A stretch of 30,669 bases of DNA from Azolla caroliniana. Taxonomy: Eukaryota; Plantae; Polypodiophyta. The stretch is taken from NCBI GenBank assembly GCA_043228905.1, contig JBHGNT010000370.1, forward strand, positions 1 to 30,669, given 5' to 3'. How positions within the stretch are numbered: position 1 is the first letter of the stretch; every line of letters begins with the position of its first letter. Under the pieces are notes generated by a model that was given only the letters and a program-made list of their open reading frames with translations, did not search any database and was not told where the DNA came from. Shown one piece after another: positions 11,669 through 22,611 of this stretch. A program made the translations under genes and the position numbers.

Positions 11669-14600
11669 GGTGTAGGTATTAATCGCTAAAGTTAAGTAAT
11701 CTAATAGCTCAAGGATGCTCAAAAACCACCATTGCTAGGTTTGCCACCAATGGGGTACACACTAGTCCAAATCTTAGGCCAATGATATTGAAGAAAATGT
11801 ACAATTTCATCGATGTATAGATACGTTTTGGTGGAAGCATACAGAAGCCACATTAAGACTTCCTACTTCTACTTGCTCCAAATTCTCACAATGGATATTT
11901 TCTTGAAATTGATGTCTTCTATATCATCTTATACTTTCTCTATATGCTTGTCACAAAGATTATCCCACCACTCCATAGTGGGCCCCATCTCATCTTTCAT
12001 AGATTTTTGGCCAAAACCAAATTCTAAAGTAAAATTGAGGTCACACATTGTTTTTATTATAATTGGTCTTTCTTTTTGGAGTTAATTCATATGGTTTTTA
12101 AATTTCAAGAAATTGGGGATTTGTTTATTGCCCTTGGGGCCAAGTGAGACCGCACAATTGGAAGAAATTCTCATATCAACATGGCATGGTCATAAACACG
12201 TACAAATCAATTTATCGTCATCCTTTCCTTGCCTTACTCGTTTGAACTCTAATGTATAATGCATATATGTAGGTTGGATGAGAACTTTGTCATGACCCTT
12301 ACAATTTGCCTCTCTAAAATATGGAGATAAACAAAAGTTTCAAATGAACGTCGTGTCAAATCATTGCATTTTTCTTATCGAGCAAAAGCACAAACCAAAG
12401 AAATGGGAATACATGATAATTGTTTAATGAGAAGACCAATCCGAGAAGCATTATCTAGATAACAATTTGTCAGGACATACGTGAACACTTTACCTGTTGC
12501 GAATCCTCAAAACTTTCTCCTCGTATCTTCAATCTTTTCATGCATACTCATATCTTTATTGCTTACAAGGAGAATGGTGGATATATATTGTTGTTGTGGA
12601 GAACTTATTCTTTAATAAATAGAAAAAATCAAAGGAAAATTGGATTTCCTAGCATCCACTAAGAATAAAAACTTGAATTCCAATTGGGAATTGATGTGTA
12701 TGTCGATATGTGTGTATTTGTAATATTGTATTGCTTCCATGTGCAATTTATGGAGGCAATATTTTCGCATCATGCTTTAGCATGCAATGTTAGAGAACTA
12801 TAACATGTAATAATACTAATAATAAATGGAAATATTTGACTTTCATAGCCAATCATACGTCTACTATGTCTCTTTCTTAGCCCGTACGAGGCAACAAAGC
12901 TCAAATAAACATTTGCACAACCTTGAAAAAAGCATAGGAAAGTGCATCCACTTGTATGCACACCCACTAATATGAACGTACACAACTTTAAAGCATGCTC
13001 TCTTCAAATATATATGCTTAGAATTCTTGTTTTCTCTTGATATCATTCACAATAGAACCTTTCTATATTTCCTTGTATGATATTTTTCTATGAATTATGG
13101 ACAATTGGAGGAACAAAAAATGTAGTCTTCTATTGTCATCGAACAATTGTTTCAACGTGAGAAAGAAACAAGGGTGCACAACATTTATGAGGATATGTTT
13201 TTTTTTACTACACCAATTTAAATCCGCAAATGCTATACATACATATTGATTATATTGCATTGAATGTGTACATTGAACTGAACTATACCAACATTTGTCA
13301 TCAATGCATGCAAAAGTAGGAGATACGAATGCTCTGCAAGCAACATAGATATCTACAAGCCAAATGACTTGTCCATCTATGGGACTTGAACCAAAAAACT
13401 AAGATTTAGAACGCTTTCATTAAACCTTAACTCGAGCACAATATATGACTGATAGCAAATACATGAGTATTGTAGCGACTAGAAGTTTATGGTGAAATGT
13501 TAGCTAATACGCATATATCCTAACAATAACTATAACTTTAGATTCACAAAGATTTAATGCAAGGGCAAAAAATATATGATTATCCAATAGAGAAGTCACA
13601 TTATTTCATAAGCTCCATCCACTTTTGGCAAATCAAGTAGATTGTTCCCTCTTTAGATGCCTATGACCCCGCCATTTTACATCAAGGATACTCCAAGTGA
13701 GAACCTTTCGGTGAAAGAAGAATTGTACATTTTTCCTTGATTAATTTGTTTATGTAGACAAAAGTAGCAATAAATACGAATGCTCGAGATGGATAATAGA
13801 GAATGTGTTATTTTTCTATTGATTTGTGAGGAGTGTTATACCGGTGGAAGACCAAGTTCCACAAACCCAAAACAGGTGAAAAGGTATGTTTTTTCATTGG
13901 CGTAGTTTGAACCCAACCTAAGTTTACGATATGCTAATATTAGCAATGAGAAATATAATCCTTTCATGATATAACTAAGAATTAAAATATAGGTCATGCT
14001 TTAGACTTTTAGAATACTTAGAGATCATATGTCTTTAATACTTAGACATGTATTGATTTACTATGTATGTTTCAAATTTCTACTCACACATATATTGCAT
14101 TCATAGTCGCTTTTACTATTTGAAATGTCACTTACCATTGATGCATCATCAATGATGTTACATGCATGTTTCATGAGAATACGATATCGATTAAAAAAGT
14201 TTACAATCCCTTTCGAATGTTTATCTTGGGCTAGACCTATCGTAAGTTTATAATGGTTCCGTAGTACTTGGAAACTTTAATACATCATAGCCATTGTCAA
14301 ATCCCTATGTAAAAGAGGGGTGGATTGGCTTGTCGAATCATGTGCAAGAGAATTGCTAACATCTAACCAAAAAACAAATGAAACTTGTTGTTAGCTTAAC
14401 TTATTCCAAACTAATGGGCATCCATAAAGAGAACATGACATTCACATGTGATGTGTATACTTTAGAGGCTCATACAATTGACAAAATAATGCATGTTGGG
14501 AATTGGGATATGAAAACAATCTCAAAAATATATGTACAGTATGTGGAATCAACGTACACTATATATAGAGAACTTATTCCACGTACAAATGTATTCAAGG

Positions 14601-16353
14601 CTTGTCCTGTCATAGAAAAGCTTGTTTCCTTTGTCTACACAAAGTATAGTGATTAATTTTCACTCACATCCTCATATCTATTGACAAGGTAAGGTATAAT
14701 ACTTTATAATCACTTTATGTCTATTCATCATTTCAATTAAGGCATAAGTACAAAGAATACTTATTTTCCTAATCGGCCTCTGTTTTGACTCAACAGAATT
14801 TGTCATTGGTTTAGGTCATGATTTGCTTTCACATGTATTTTGCCTCTCCAGAGAGACAATTTATTGTTTTGAGAAACCTAGTTTGAAGTGTCCATTGTAA
14901 AGCGCATGCTTCACAATCAAAATTTAGTTGTGATCTTTGAACTAAGAACAATTGGACCTTGCTTTTTAAAAATAGCAAAGGTTTTGTTTTGCTTATTGAA
15001 AATGACACATGTTTGCCTATTTCAATGTTTTTTCAGTATCGATGCAAAATAGGTGAGATTGCACCACATTGCTTTATGCGCATAATGTCTCAATAACTTA
15101 TGCTATTGTGTTTATATCCACATGACAATATTGAGTTAATGAGAACATATCAAGTTGCAGACATAAATTTCAATCTATCCACAATTGTCTGTTGGCAACA
15201 AATCAATTATTGACCCTCCAACACAAAAATGCATCCTTGCATTTGTACCAAGACTTGAACTTGATGACGATATTACACATATTCCTCTTCGATGGCCTGA
15301 TAATCATACAAAGGCTTTCTCTCCTTGGTGCTCTTGAAACTCGAATCAATTAAATTTTCAAAATTCTCAAAGATGTCGACTCTCGTAGTATTTTCATGCA
15401 ATGTCACTTAGATAGAGAGACAACATATTCCAATGAAGATAATGGCATGAAAAACTATTCATGATGGAAAACTAGCCATTGGGTTTTTAATTAAAAAAGA
15501 GACCATGTCAGATTTGCACTTTTGAGTTTTTATAAACTAATCATTTATTTCTTTATTTTACTAATTCACGTATGAACTACCTTTCCTACATTTTTTTCGG
15601 CACCTGGGGTGTTGAAATAGATTTATAAAGATGCCACTCAAACAAATACGTGACCTATATTGATTCGAAAAGTCATTATTTAGGACCTACCTCGTAAAGA
15701 TGGACATAGTAGAAGGCTGAAGCGATATTGTCTTGCATGTAGAGAGACAATATGTCTTGATTTGTGCATTTGTCATATAGGATGTAACCAAAATTATGAT
15801 GTCCGAGGCTTTAACCCACAATCTTAAGAGAGACTTGAAAGCATAATCTTAAGGTTGCATGGCATAAACATGCTTAGCCTTTGTTTAAGGTAGGAATGTT
15901 TGGACTGACTATCTTATATGATGTATAAAAGGTAGTCCTTACATTGATGTATTTTGTCATGTACATAATGTCTTATAGCTTATTTAATATGCATTCCTTT
16001 TCGGCTCAATTGTTTATCTTACTCTCTATAAAAGTGTCATAGGCTTTGGCTTTCACATCGGCTGGCAATCACAGAAAGTAAATGCATACGAACGTACTTA
16101 TATTCATGAAAAGTTGATTCGTTGGATGCTTATAATTTCACTTTCCCCTTCTCCAATTATTTGTTGCCACATGTTCAGGTGAGATTCACATTCATTGACA
16201 ACAAACATTGGTTTATACCATTACTCCTACAACCCCGGTAGTTTTTTACAAACGTATTTGCAACCATTTATTTTTAAGAATATAGTTATCAGTAGATTGA
16301 GCATTTATTCCTTTTCCCCCTTATAAGTCGTTGCATGTTTTGTAGCTCGGTGC

Positions 16354-17134
16354 TAGGAATCGACAACGGCTCGGCTCAAGCCTAAACCGAAACGGTATAG
16401 CAGTTCGGTTCGGTTCAGTTTAAGCTTGAGCTTACTTAACTGGTTTGAGCTCAGTTGGGGATTGCTCAAATCGGATAAGCCTAAATCGATTACCAGGCCA
16501 GTTAAGGCTTAATCAGCTTGGCTAATTTGGTTCCTAAACCGGTTTAGGAATCGGTTCGGTTCAAGTTTGGAAACCCCCAACCGGTTTAGGTTTAACCGGT
16601 TTGGTTCAGACAAGGACTGTTATGTACACATAACGTTGGTGAGGGTAGGTCACTAATATTTACATTAGTGAAGGGTATGTTCACTATTATTAAAAAGGGG
16701 ACTAATGATTGGATAGAATGAATGATATGTGCATGCACTATCATGATTTAGACAACCAATGAATAGAGAGCCTTTTAGAAAGGCACATCTATTCAAGGGG
16801 CCTAGGAAAAGGTATAAATATGAGGCTTAGCTACCCTCATAGGATCATCACGTCGGAAGGCTGTTGTCGTAGACACCGGTGGTGCGGGCTAGGCTTTCGT
16901 CTCGACGATCGTGTTTATCTCTTCCAAGGTATTAGTCATCCTAATATCCGGCGGTATGGGACGTCGGTGGTAGGTTGGCTATGTCTAGATCATAGCTCGG
17001 GAGTGGTCGGGTGGAACGGGTTCTTCTATCCAATCTATTTTCTTCCTTATTACTTGATTTGGTCTATTGATTAGTAATAGACTCTTAACAAGGACAAATC
17101 AGTTAAGCCGAAACCAAACAGTTGCTGATTCCTA
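16354..17134. mobile_element. Non-autonomous hAT-type DNA transposon (~300 bp excluding the nested LTR)
   Basis: TIRs TAGGAATCGACAACGG (16354) and reverse-complement TAGGAATCAGCAACTG (ending 17134), 13/16 match. 8-bp TSD CTCGGTGC (16346-16353) / CTCGATGC (17135-17142), 7/8 match. Interior rich in AACCG/CGGTT subterminal motifs. Confidence 0.9.
16618..17090 (+). mobile_element. Solo LTR (473 bp) nested in the hAT element
   Basis: TGTTA...TAACA termini, perfect 5-bp TSD AGGAC (16613-16617 and 17091-17095), internal TATAAATA at ~16813. Confidence 0.88.
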
Positions 17135-19229
17135 CTCGATGCAGATGAATGGGCACGAATCATTGATAAATTAATTTTTAAGCGACAATGCATTGTGTCA
17201 TGCCCATGATGCCAATTTTCATCGAAGAGTCTTTAAATTCCACAAAACGTTGATGTGGCAAGCTATGAAGGTTTTTTATATTAAATTCTTACAAACTATT
17301 TTGACAACAAATGGTATGATATGCTCCATTAAGTTGGGGTGACGATTTGCCATGTATTAATTCGTCAAATAATGGGTTGTTTGTGTGGGTGAGAAAGCTT
17401 TTCATACAATTAAAAAAATTTCTAAGTTTAACACTTTATAAACCCATGATCGTGCAAACTTTACCAATGTTAGAAACATATGTTTCATTGGAAAGTATCT
17501 ATATATTCATGGCATGAATTGGGCTATAAATAAGCCCATCAGCTCATTCTAGTGTGTATGTTTAGAACATAGCTATTTAGTCTTTGGTGGTGGTTGTGGC
17601 TAGATTTGGCATATTTGAATGTAAAATTTGATCAAATGTCCATCTACATTAACAAATGGCCCTCTATAAGTGTTGATTCATACACTCTTAGGACAAACGA
17701 ATGTACATCAAGTCTTGAGATATGGTGTGACCAATCATTAGTGTAGACTCCTCAAGCCTCATTGCTTTACACTTTATGAATCACCATCACTTACCATGGG
17801 CTCACAAAAGGGGTGAGGGGTGAAGAATTGATTTTATTTTTCTTTGAAGATCCAACTTGGTATTAATGGAAAGATGCCGAAAAGTTGAAAAGAACTCATA
17901 CATGAAAACACAACCACCATACCCACATCAACCAACATGTCGAATAGCAAAAGCCCTTGCGTATCTACCTTCCATTATGGGGGGCGGAAAAAGCCACCTT
18001 GGTGGAGCATATCTCCACTTTATTCTCTCCCCAAAAGAGGTGAAGACCTCTGCCTTTGTCCACATTTCTCTAAACTAGGGATCCTTCCATAATGGGGGTT
18101 GACAAACTGTCGAGGTTGAGGTCGATGAAAGAGTATAATTCAGAGCACTGATAGGTCACATGATGAGTAAGTACGTCACGAGTTGACATTGAGTAGTTGA
18201 CTATTGATGGTTATGGTAAAAATGAAAGGTGCCGCTAACATTAACGAATTGCCATGATTGCATGTTCATTATTAACTTTGTGATTATATTATACTTATGT
18301 GTCTCTACATGTTGTATGCTTCATGCCCCCACTATTGTTGCTTGAAAGGAAGCTCGGAGATTGCATTTATGGTCGCACATTGCCCCATACTATAATATGT
18401 CTACACACACGCTCCCTTTCTTTGTGAATAAGAGTCGAGACGAATTATAACAAGTTCAAACATGATAAGAACATGACCTCAACCTCGACAATTTGTTCAT
18501 TCTGTGCGCAATTAGGGAATTCAACAAGTTTGAGGTCATGATGTGTATATGTGTGTAGGGAAGGCCACTAATGTGCATTCTATGCGATTTGTCCTTATCC
18601 TTCACATGGTTGTTGCGAAGAAACACTCGAGGCTCCATCACTACTACATTCAAATTATAACATTCCATGACACCAATGATGTGCACACTTTTAGACCGAT
18701 GATTGATATATGGAGTAGCCACACCACGCCGTTTAGTTTTCTTGTTAAGTTTGCTACATTCTCTTTACGATGTCTGATTATTGCATATTTGGAAGCCATA
18801 GGGCAGATGTCTGGAGATGCACATTCTCAGATGCTCCAAGATCCGACTCACATAGTTGACCAAGATATTTACGTGTGATGCCTAGGTGTACAAACTACAA
18901 TATGCAACTCTTACAACTCCATTGCTTGAATCCACCCCCTTGTTTTCCTCCTTCAATGATTTACAACAACATTGAACCTCATTCCCGTCCAGAGAGTACA
19001 CCTAAATAGCGAAGAACTTCACCAATGACTATTGCAATTTCATTAGGCCCTCATTAACAGTTTGTCCAAGGAGCAGGCGTGGGCCAGACATTAAGTAAAG
19101 CTACTCTTTGCGAGCCTCAATAACCTCGACGATTCATACGACAAAGTTAGTCAGCAGGAGAGGGGTTCGAGGTGGACGGATCTAGGATGAGGCGAGGGCC
19201 GCAGAAACCTCTTTCTCTCCGGTAATTAC

Positions 19230-20365
19230 TAGGAATCGGCAACGGTTTGGACTTGTCCAAATCCAAGCCAAACCGGTTTGGAAGTTTCCAAACTTGAACC
19301 AGTTCCTAAAACCGGTTTACTAGCGGTTTGGCCTTGTCCGAATCCAAGACAAACCGGTTAAGCCTAAACCGGTTTGGGAGTTTCCAAACTTGAACCGGTT
19401 CCTAAAACCAGTTTACCAGCGGTTTGGTTTCGGTTTGGCCTTGTCCAAAATACCAAGCCAAATCGGTTAAACCTAAACCGGTTTGGGAGTTTCCAAACTT
19501 GAACCGGTTCCTAAAACCAGTTTACCAGCGGTTTGGTTTTAGTTTGGCCTTGTCCAAAATACCAAGCCAAATCGGTTAAACCTAAAACGGTTTGGGAGTT
19601 TCCAAACTTGAACCGGTTCCTAAAACCAGTTTACCAGCGGTTTGGTTTCGGTTTGGCCTTGTCCAAAATACCAAGCCAAATCGGTTAAACCTAAACCGGT
19701 TTGGGAGTTTCCAAACTTGAACCGGTTCCTAAAACCAGTTTACCAGCGGTTTGGTTTCGGTTTGGACTTGTCCAAAATACCAAGCCAAATCGGTTAAACC
19801 TAAACCGGTTTGGGAGTTTCCAAACTTGAACCGGTTCCTAAAACCAGTTTACCAGCGGTTTGGTTTCGGTTTGGCCTTGTCCAAAATACCAAGCCAAATC
19901 GGTTAAACCTAAACCGGGTTGGGAGTTTCCAAACTTGAGCCGGTTCCTAAAACTGGTTTACCAACGGTTTGGTTTTGGTTTGGCCTTGTCCAAATCCAAG
20001 CCAAACCGGTTAAGCCTAAACCGGGTTGGGAGTTTCCAAACTTGAACCGGTTCCTAAAACCGGTTTACGAGCGGTTTGGTTTCGGTTTGGCCTTATCCAA
20101 AATACCAAGCCAAACTAGTTAAGCCTAAACCGGGTTGGGAGTTTCCAAACTTGAACCGGTTCCTAAAACCAGTTTACCAGCGGTTTGGTTTCGGTTTGGC
20201 CTTATCCAAAATACCAAGCCAAACTAGTTAAGCCTAAACCGGGTTGGGAGTTTCCAAACTTGAACCGGTTGGTTTCGGTTTGGCCTTGTCCAAATCCAAG
20301 CTAGACCGGTTGATCCAAAACCGGTTTGGGAATTTCCAAACTTGAACCGGTTCCTAAACCGGTTT
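19230..20365. repeat. Tandem array of ~109-bp units (~10 copies) amplified from a hAT subterminal region; begins with an intact TIR
   Basis: Starts TAGGAATCGGCAACGG at 19230. Anchor CCAAACTTGA at 19288, 19384, 19493, 19602, 19711, 19820, 19929, 20036, 20145, 20254 and 20336. The unit closely matches the reverse complement of 16534-16617. No second TIR or TSD found. Confidence 0.93.
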
Positions 20366-20399
20366 GCGTAGGTCTTGGGTTCGAAACCTGATTTTCCAG

Positions 20400-21350
20400 C
20401 TCTCTGTGTGTCTTCTGCTCCCTCTCTCTCTCTTCGCCTTTGCATGGCTCCTGTCAACAGAGGCCCCTCCCTTTGCTCTATGGGCTCCATCCATGGCTTT
20501 TCTCATTAGGGTTCCTTTCTTCTCTTCTTTTTCTTCTGCACATCCACCATTATCTCTCCCTCCCCTCCCCTCAAATTTCATTTTGGGCTCTTCTTCTCTG
20601 CACACTCATCGGTACCGATTAGGTTTCCCTGCCCCCCCCCCCCGCTCTGAAATAGGGTTTTACCGCGGTTCCATCCAGCTCTGAATTTAAGGTTCAGCGA
20701 TTCCTCCTTCTCTGAAATTGGGTTGAATTAAGGTTCAGCGATCCCTCCTGCTCTGAAATTGGGTTGAATTAAGATTCAGCGATTCATCCTGCTCTCTGAG
20801 ATTGGGTTCAGCAGTTCCCTCTTGCTCTATGTTAGGGAGATTTGGGGTTCCGCCTGCTCCGGGTAAGGATTAGGGTTCCTTTAGGATTTAGATTTTTGGA
20901 GTTAGCTGGATGACGCTCAGGGGCTTCCTCATTCTCTAATTTAGCTTAGGGTTTGTACACGGCTCTCTCAATTAGCGTTAGGAAATCTGCCTGGTCTGTT
21001 ATTGCTCTGAATTAGGGTTAGGGTTTCATCCCGCTCTAAATCAGGGCAGGGTTTTGTTCTTGCCCTGCGATTAGGCTAGGCTTCTGATCCTGATCTGGAA
21101 TTCAGGCCGAGTTTCTACCAAATCTAAATCAGGGCTAGGGCTTCTACACCACTCCAAATTTAGGGTTCTCCTGCCCTGATTTTAGCGTTGGGGTCTCTAG
21201 CTGCTCTGCTGCTGCTTCATCTACTCACACAAAGAGAAAGGAAAAACAAACAACAGCAGAAGAGGAGAAGACAAGAGATATAGAGAAGAGGAGAGTGAGG
21301 AAGAAATAAAACAAAGGAGGAAAAAGAGCAGAAAAAGCAGCTGAGAAGAT
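20400..21350 (+). promoter_or_regulatory. Cryptochrome proximal promoter/5' leader: pyrimidine-rich patch, telo-box-like motifs, GA-rich tract before the ATG
   Basis: CT-rich 20400-20600. TTAGGGTTT at 20946-20954 and 21018-21026, plus many TAGGGTT variants. Purine-rich 21225-21350. The TSS cannot be fixed from sequence. Confidence 0.55.
20680..20830. repeat. 41-bp tandem repeat (~3.5 copies) in the CRY leader
   Basis: CTCTGAAATTGGGTTGAATTAAGGTTCAGCGATCCCTCCTG units at 20710 and 20751, with partial copies on both sides. Confidence 0.85.
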
Positions 21351-22580
21351 ATGGTGTGCACGGTGGTATGGTTCCGAAGAGATCTACGGTTGGAAGACAA
21401 TCCGGCACTGGTGGCTGCGGCTCGGTCGGGCGGCATGGTCATCCCTGTCTTCATTTGGGCACCCGAAGAGGAAGGCCATTTCTTGCCAGGCCGAGTCTCC
21501 AGATGGTGGCTCAAACAGAGCCTTATCCATCTACAACAGTCCTTGGCTAGCCTTGGAGCCCCTCTCATCTTGCGCCGTGCGCCTGATGCCCTCTCTGTTC
21601 TCCTTCAAATCATCGAAACCACTGGAGCTTCACGAGTCTTCTATAATCACCTCTATGGTAAGTTTATCCTCTCTCTCTTTCTCTTTATTTGATCTTCATG
21701 GACCATAATAAAATCCCATCTACTTATGGTGGTTAGGGTAGTGCCTTTTCATCACGGGTTTTTTTTAATTAGGGTTATGATACTTTGGTTTGGTCTTAAG
21801 GGTTATGGTATGAGCATCACTGGTTTGAAAAAACTTTGTATCAAGGTTTGATTTAAGTGTTGGTATAAGTTTTATATCAGGTTTTATTTAAATTTTGATT
21901 TGATATAAGCATTGATGTAAGCTTGATATATCCTCATCACGAAGGGAGAAATTTTACCTCAGTATGAACAGTAAGAGATCTGCCCATGTCATGAAGCAGC
22001 ATAATTTTACCCTAATTTGAGCTCTATTTCTTCATTATGAACAGAGAGACAGTTTACTCTAATTTGAGACTTCAGGAATGGAGAGTTTTTACTCTAATAT
22101 GAGTTGCATCCTCATTGTGATCACACATATTTTGCTCTGATCTGAGCTGCATCGTAGCAGAGACATAGAGGCATTTTCATGCACTAATCACCATGATGAG
22201 CTCAGACATATCAGTTTGTGCAGAGTTTGTGATACACACTTTTGGTGTCATATGCACAAGGTTTAGGTGTTGCACTTATACTGCGTTTCTGCAGAAAAGT
22301 TGAGCTATGCTTTTACAATGATCAATCACCATTATGAGTTCAGGCATAACAGTTTCTGCTGAGTTTTTAATAAAAAACTTTTGGCATCATATACACAAGG
22401 TTTAGATGTTGAACTTAAACTGCGTTTTTGGTTGTTTGCTATCCATTGTGTTTCTTTTGATGCTGATTTACAAAAATGTCTGCGTTTATTGATGTACATG
22501 CCTTAACTAGCCCATGTGCCTTCTAATTATGAGTAGCACCTTGATTATATATGTATGTATGTATGTATGTATATATAAAA

Positions 22581-22611
<31 letters not shown>

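Larger units (their letters stand above)
15230..17780 (+). pseudogene. Possible heavily decayed transposase-like (MULE/SWIM-type?) coding debris, interrupted by the hAT element
   Basis: Only short coding-like patches (e.g. DDITHIPLRWPDNHTKAF, WQSQKV, DEWARII) with many stops. The family assignment is a weak impression, not an alignment. Confidence 0.2.

Noticed and set aside
16820-17074. 84-aa ORF downstream of a TATA box
   Set aside because: Wholly inside the TSD-flanked solo LTR; no known motif.
19230-20365. CRISPR-like appearance of the palindromic array; ORFs 19860-20045 and 19919-20122
   Set aside because: Units are contiguous and near-identical with no unique spacers, there are no cas genes, and the context is eukaryotic. 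The ORFs are repeat translations.
21012-21026. Interstitial telomere
   Set aside because: Only two contiguous TTAGGG units; the remaining motifs are dispersed and fit telo-box-like elements better.
20224-21568. Antisense and short ORFs over the CRY leader and exon 1
   Set aside because: They follow from CT/GA-rich composition or antisense to real coding sequence; no independent support.
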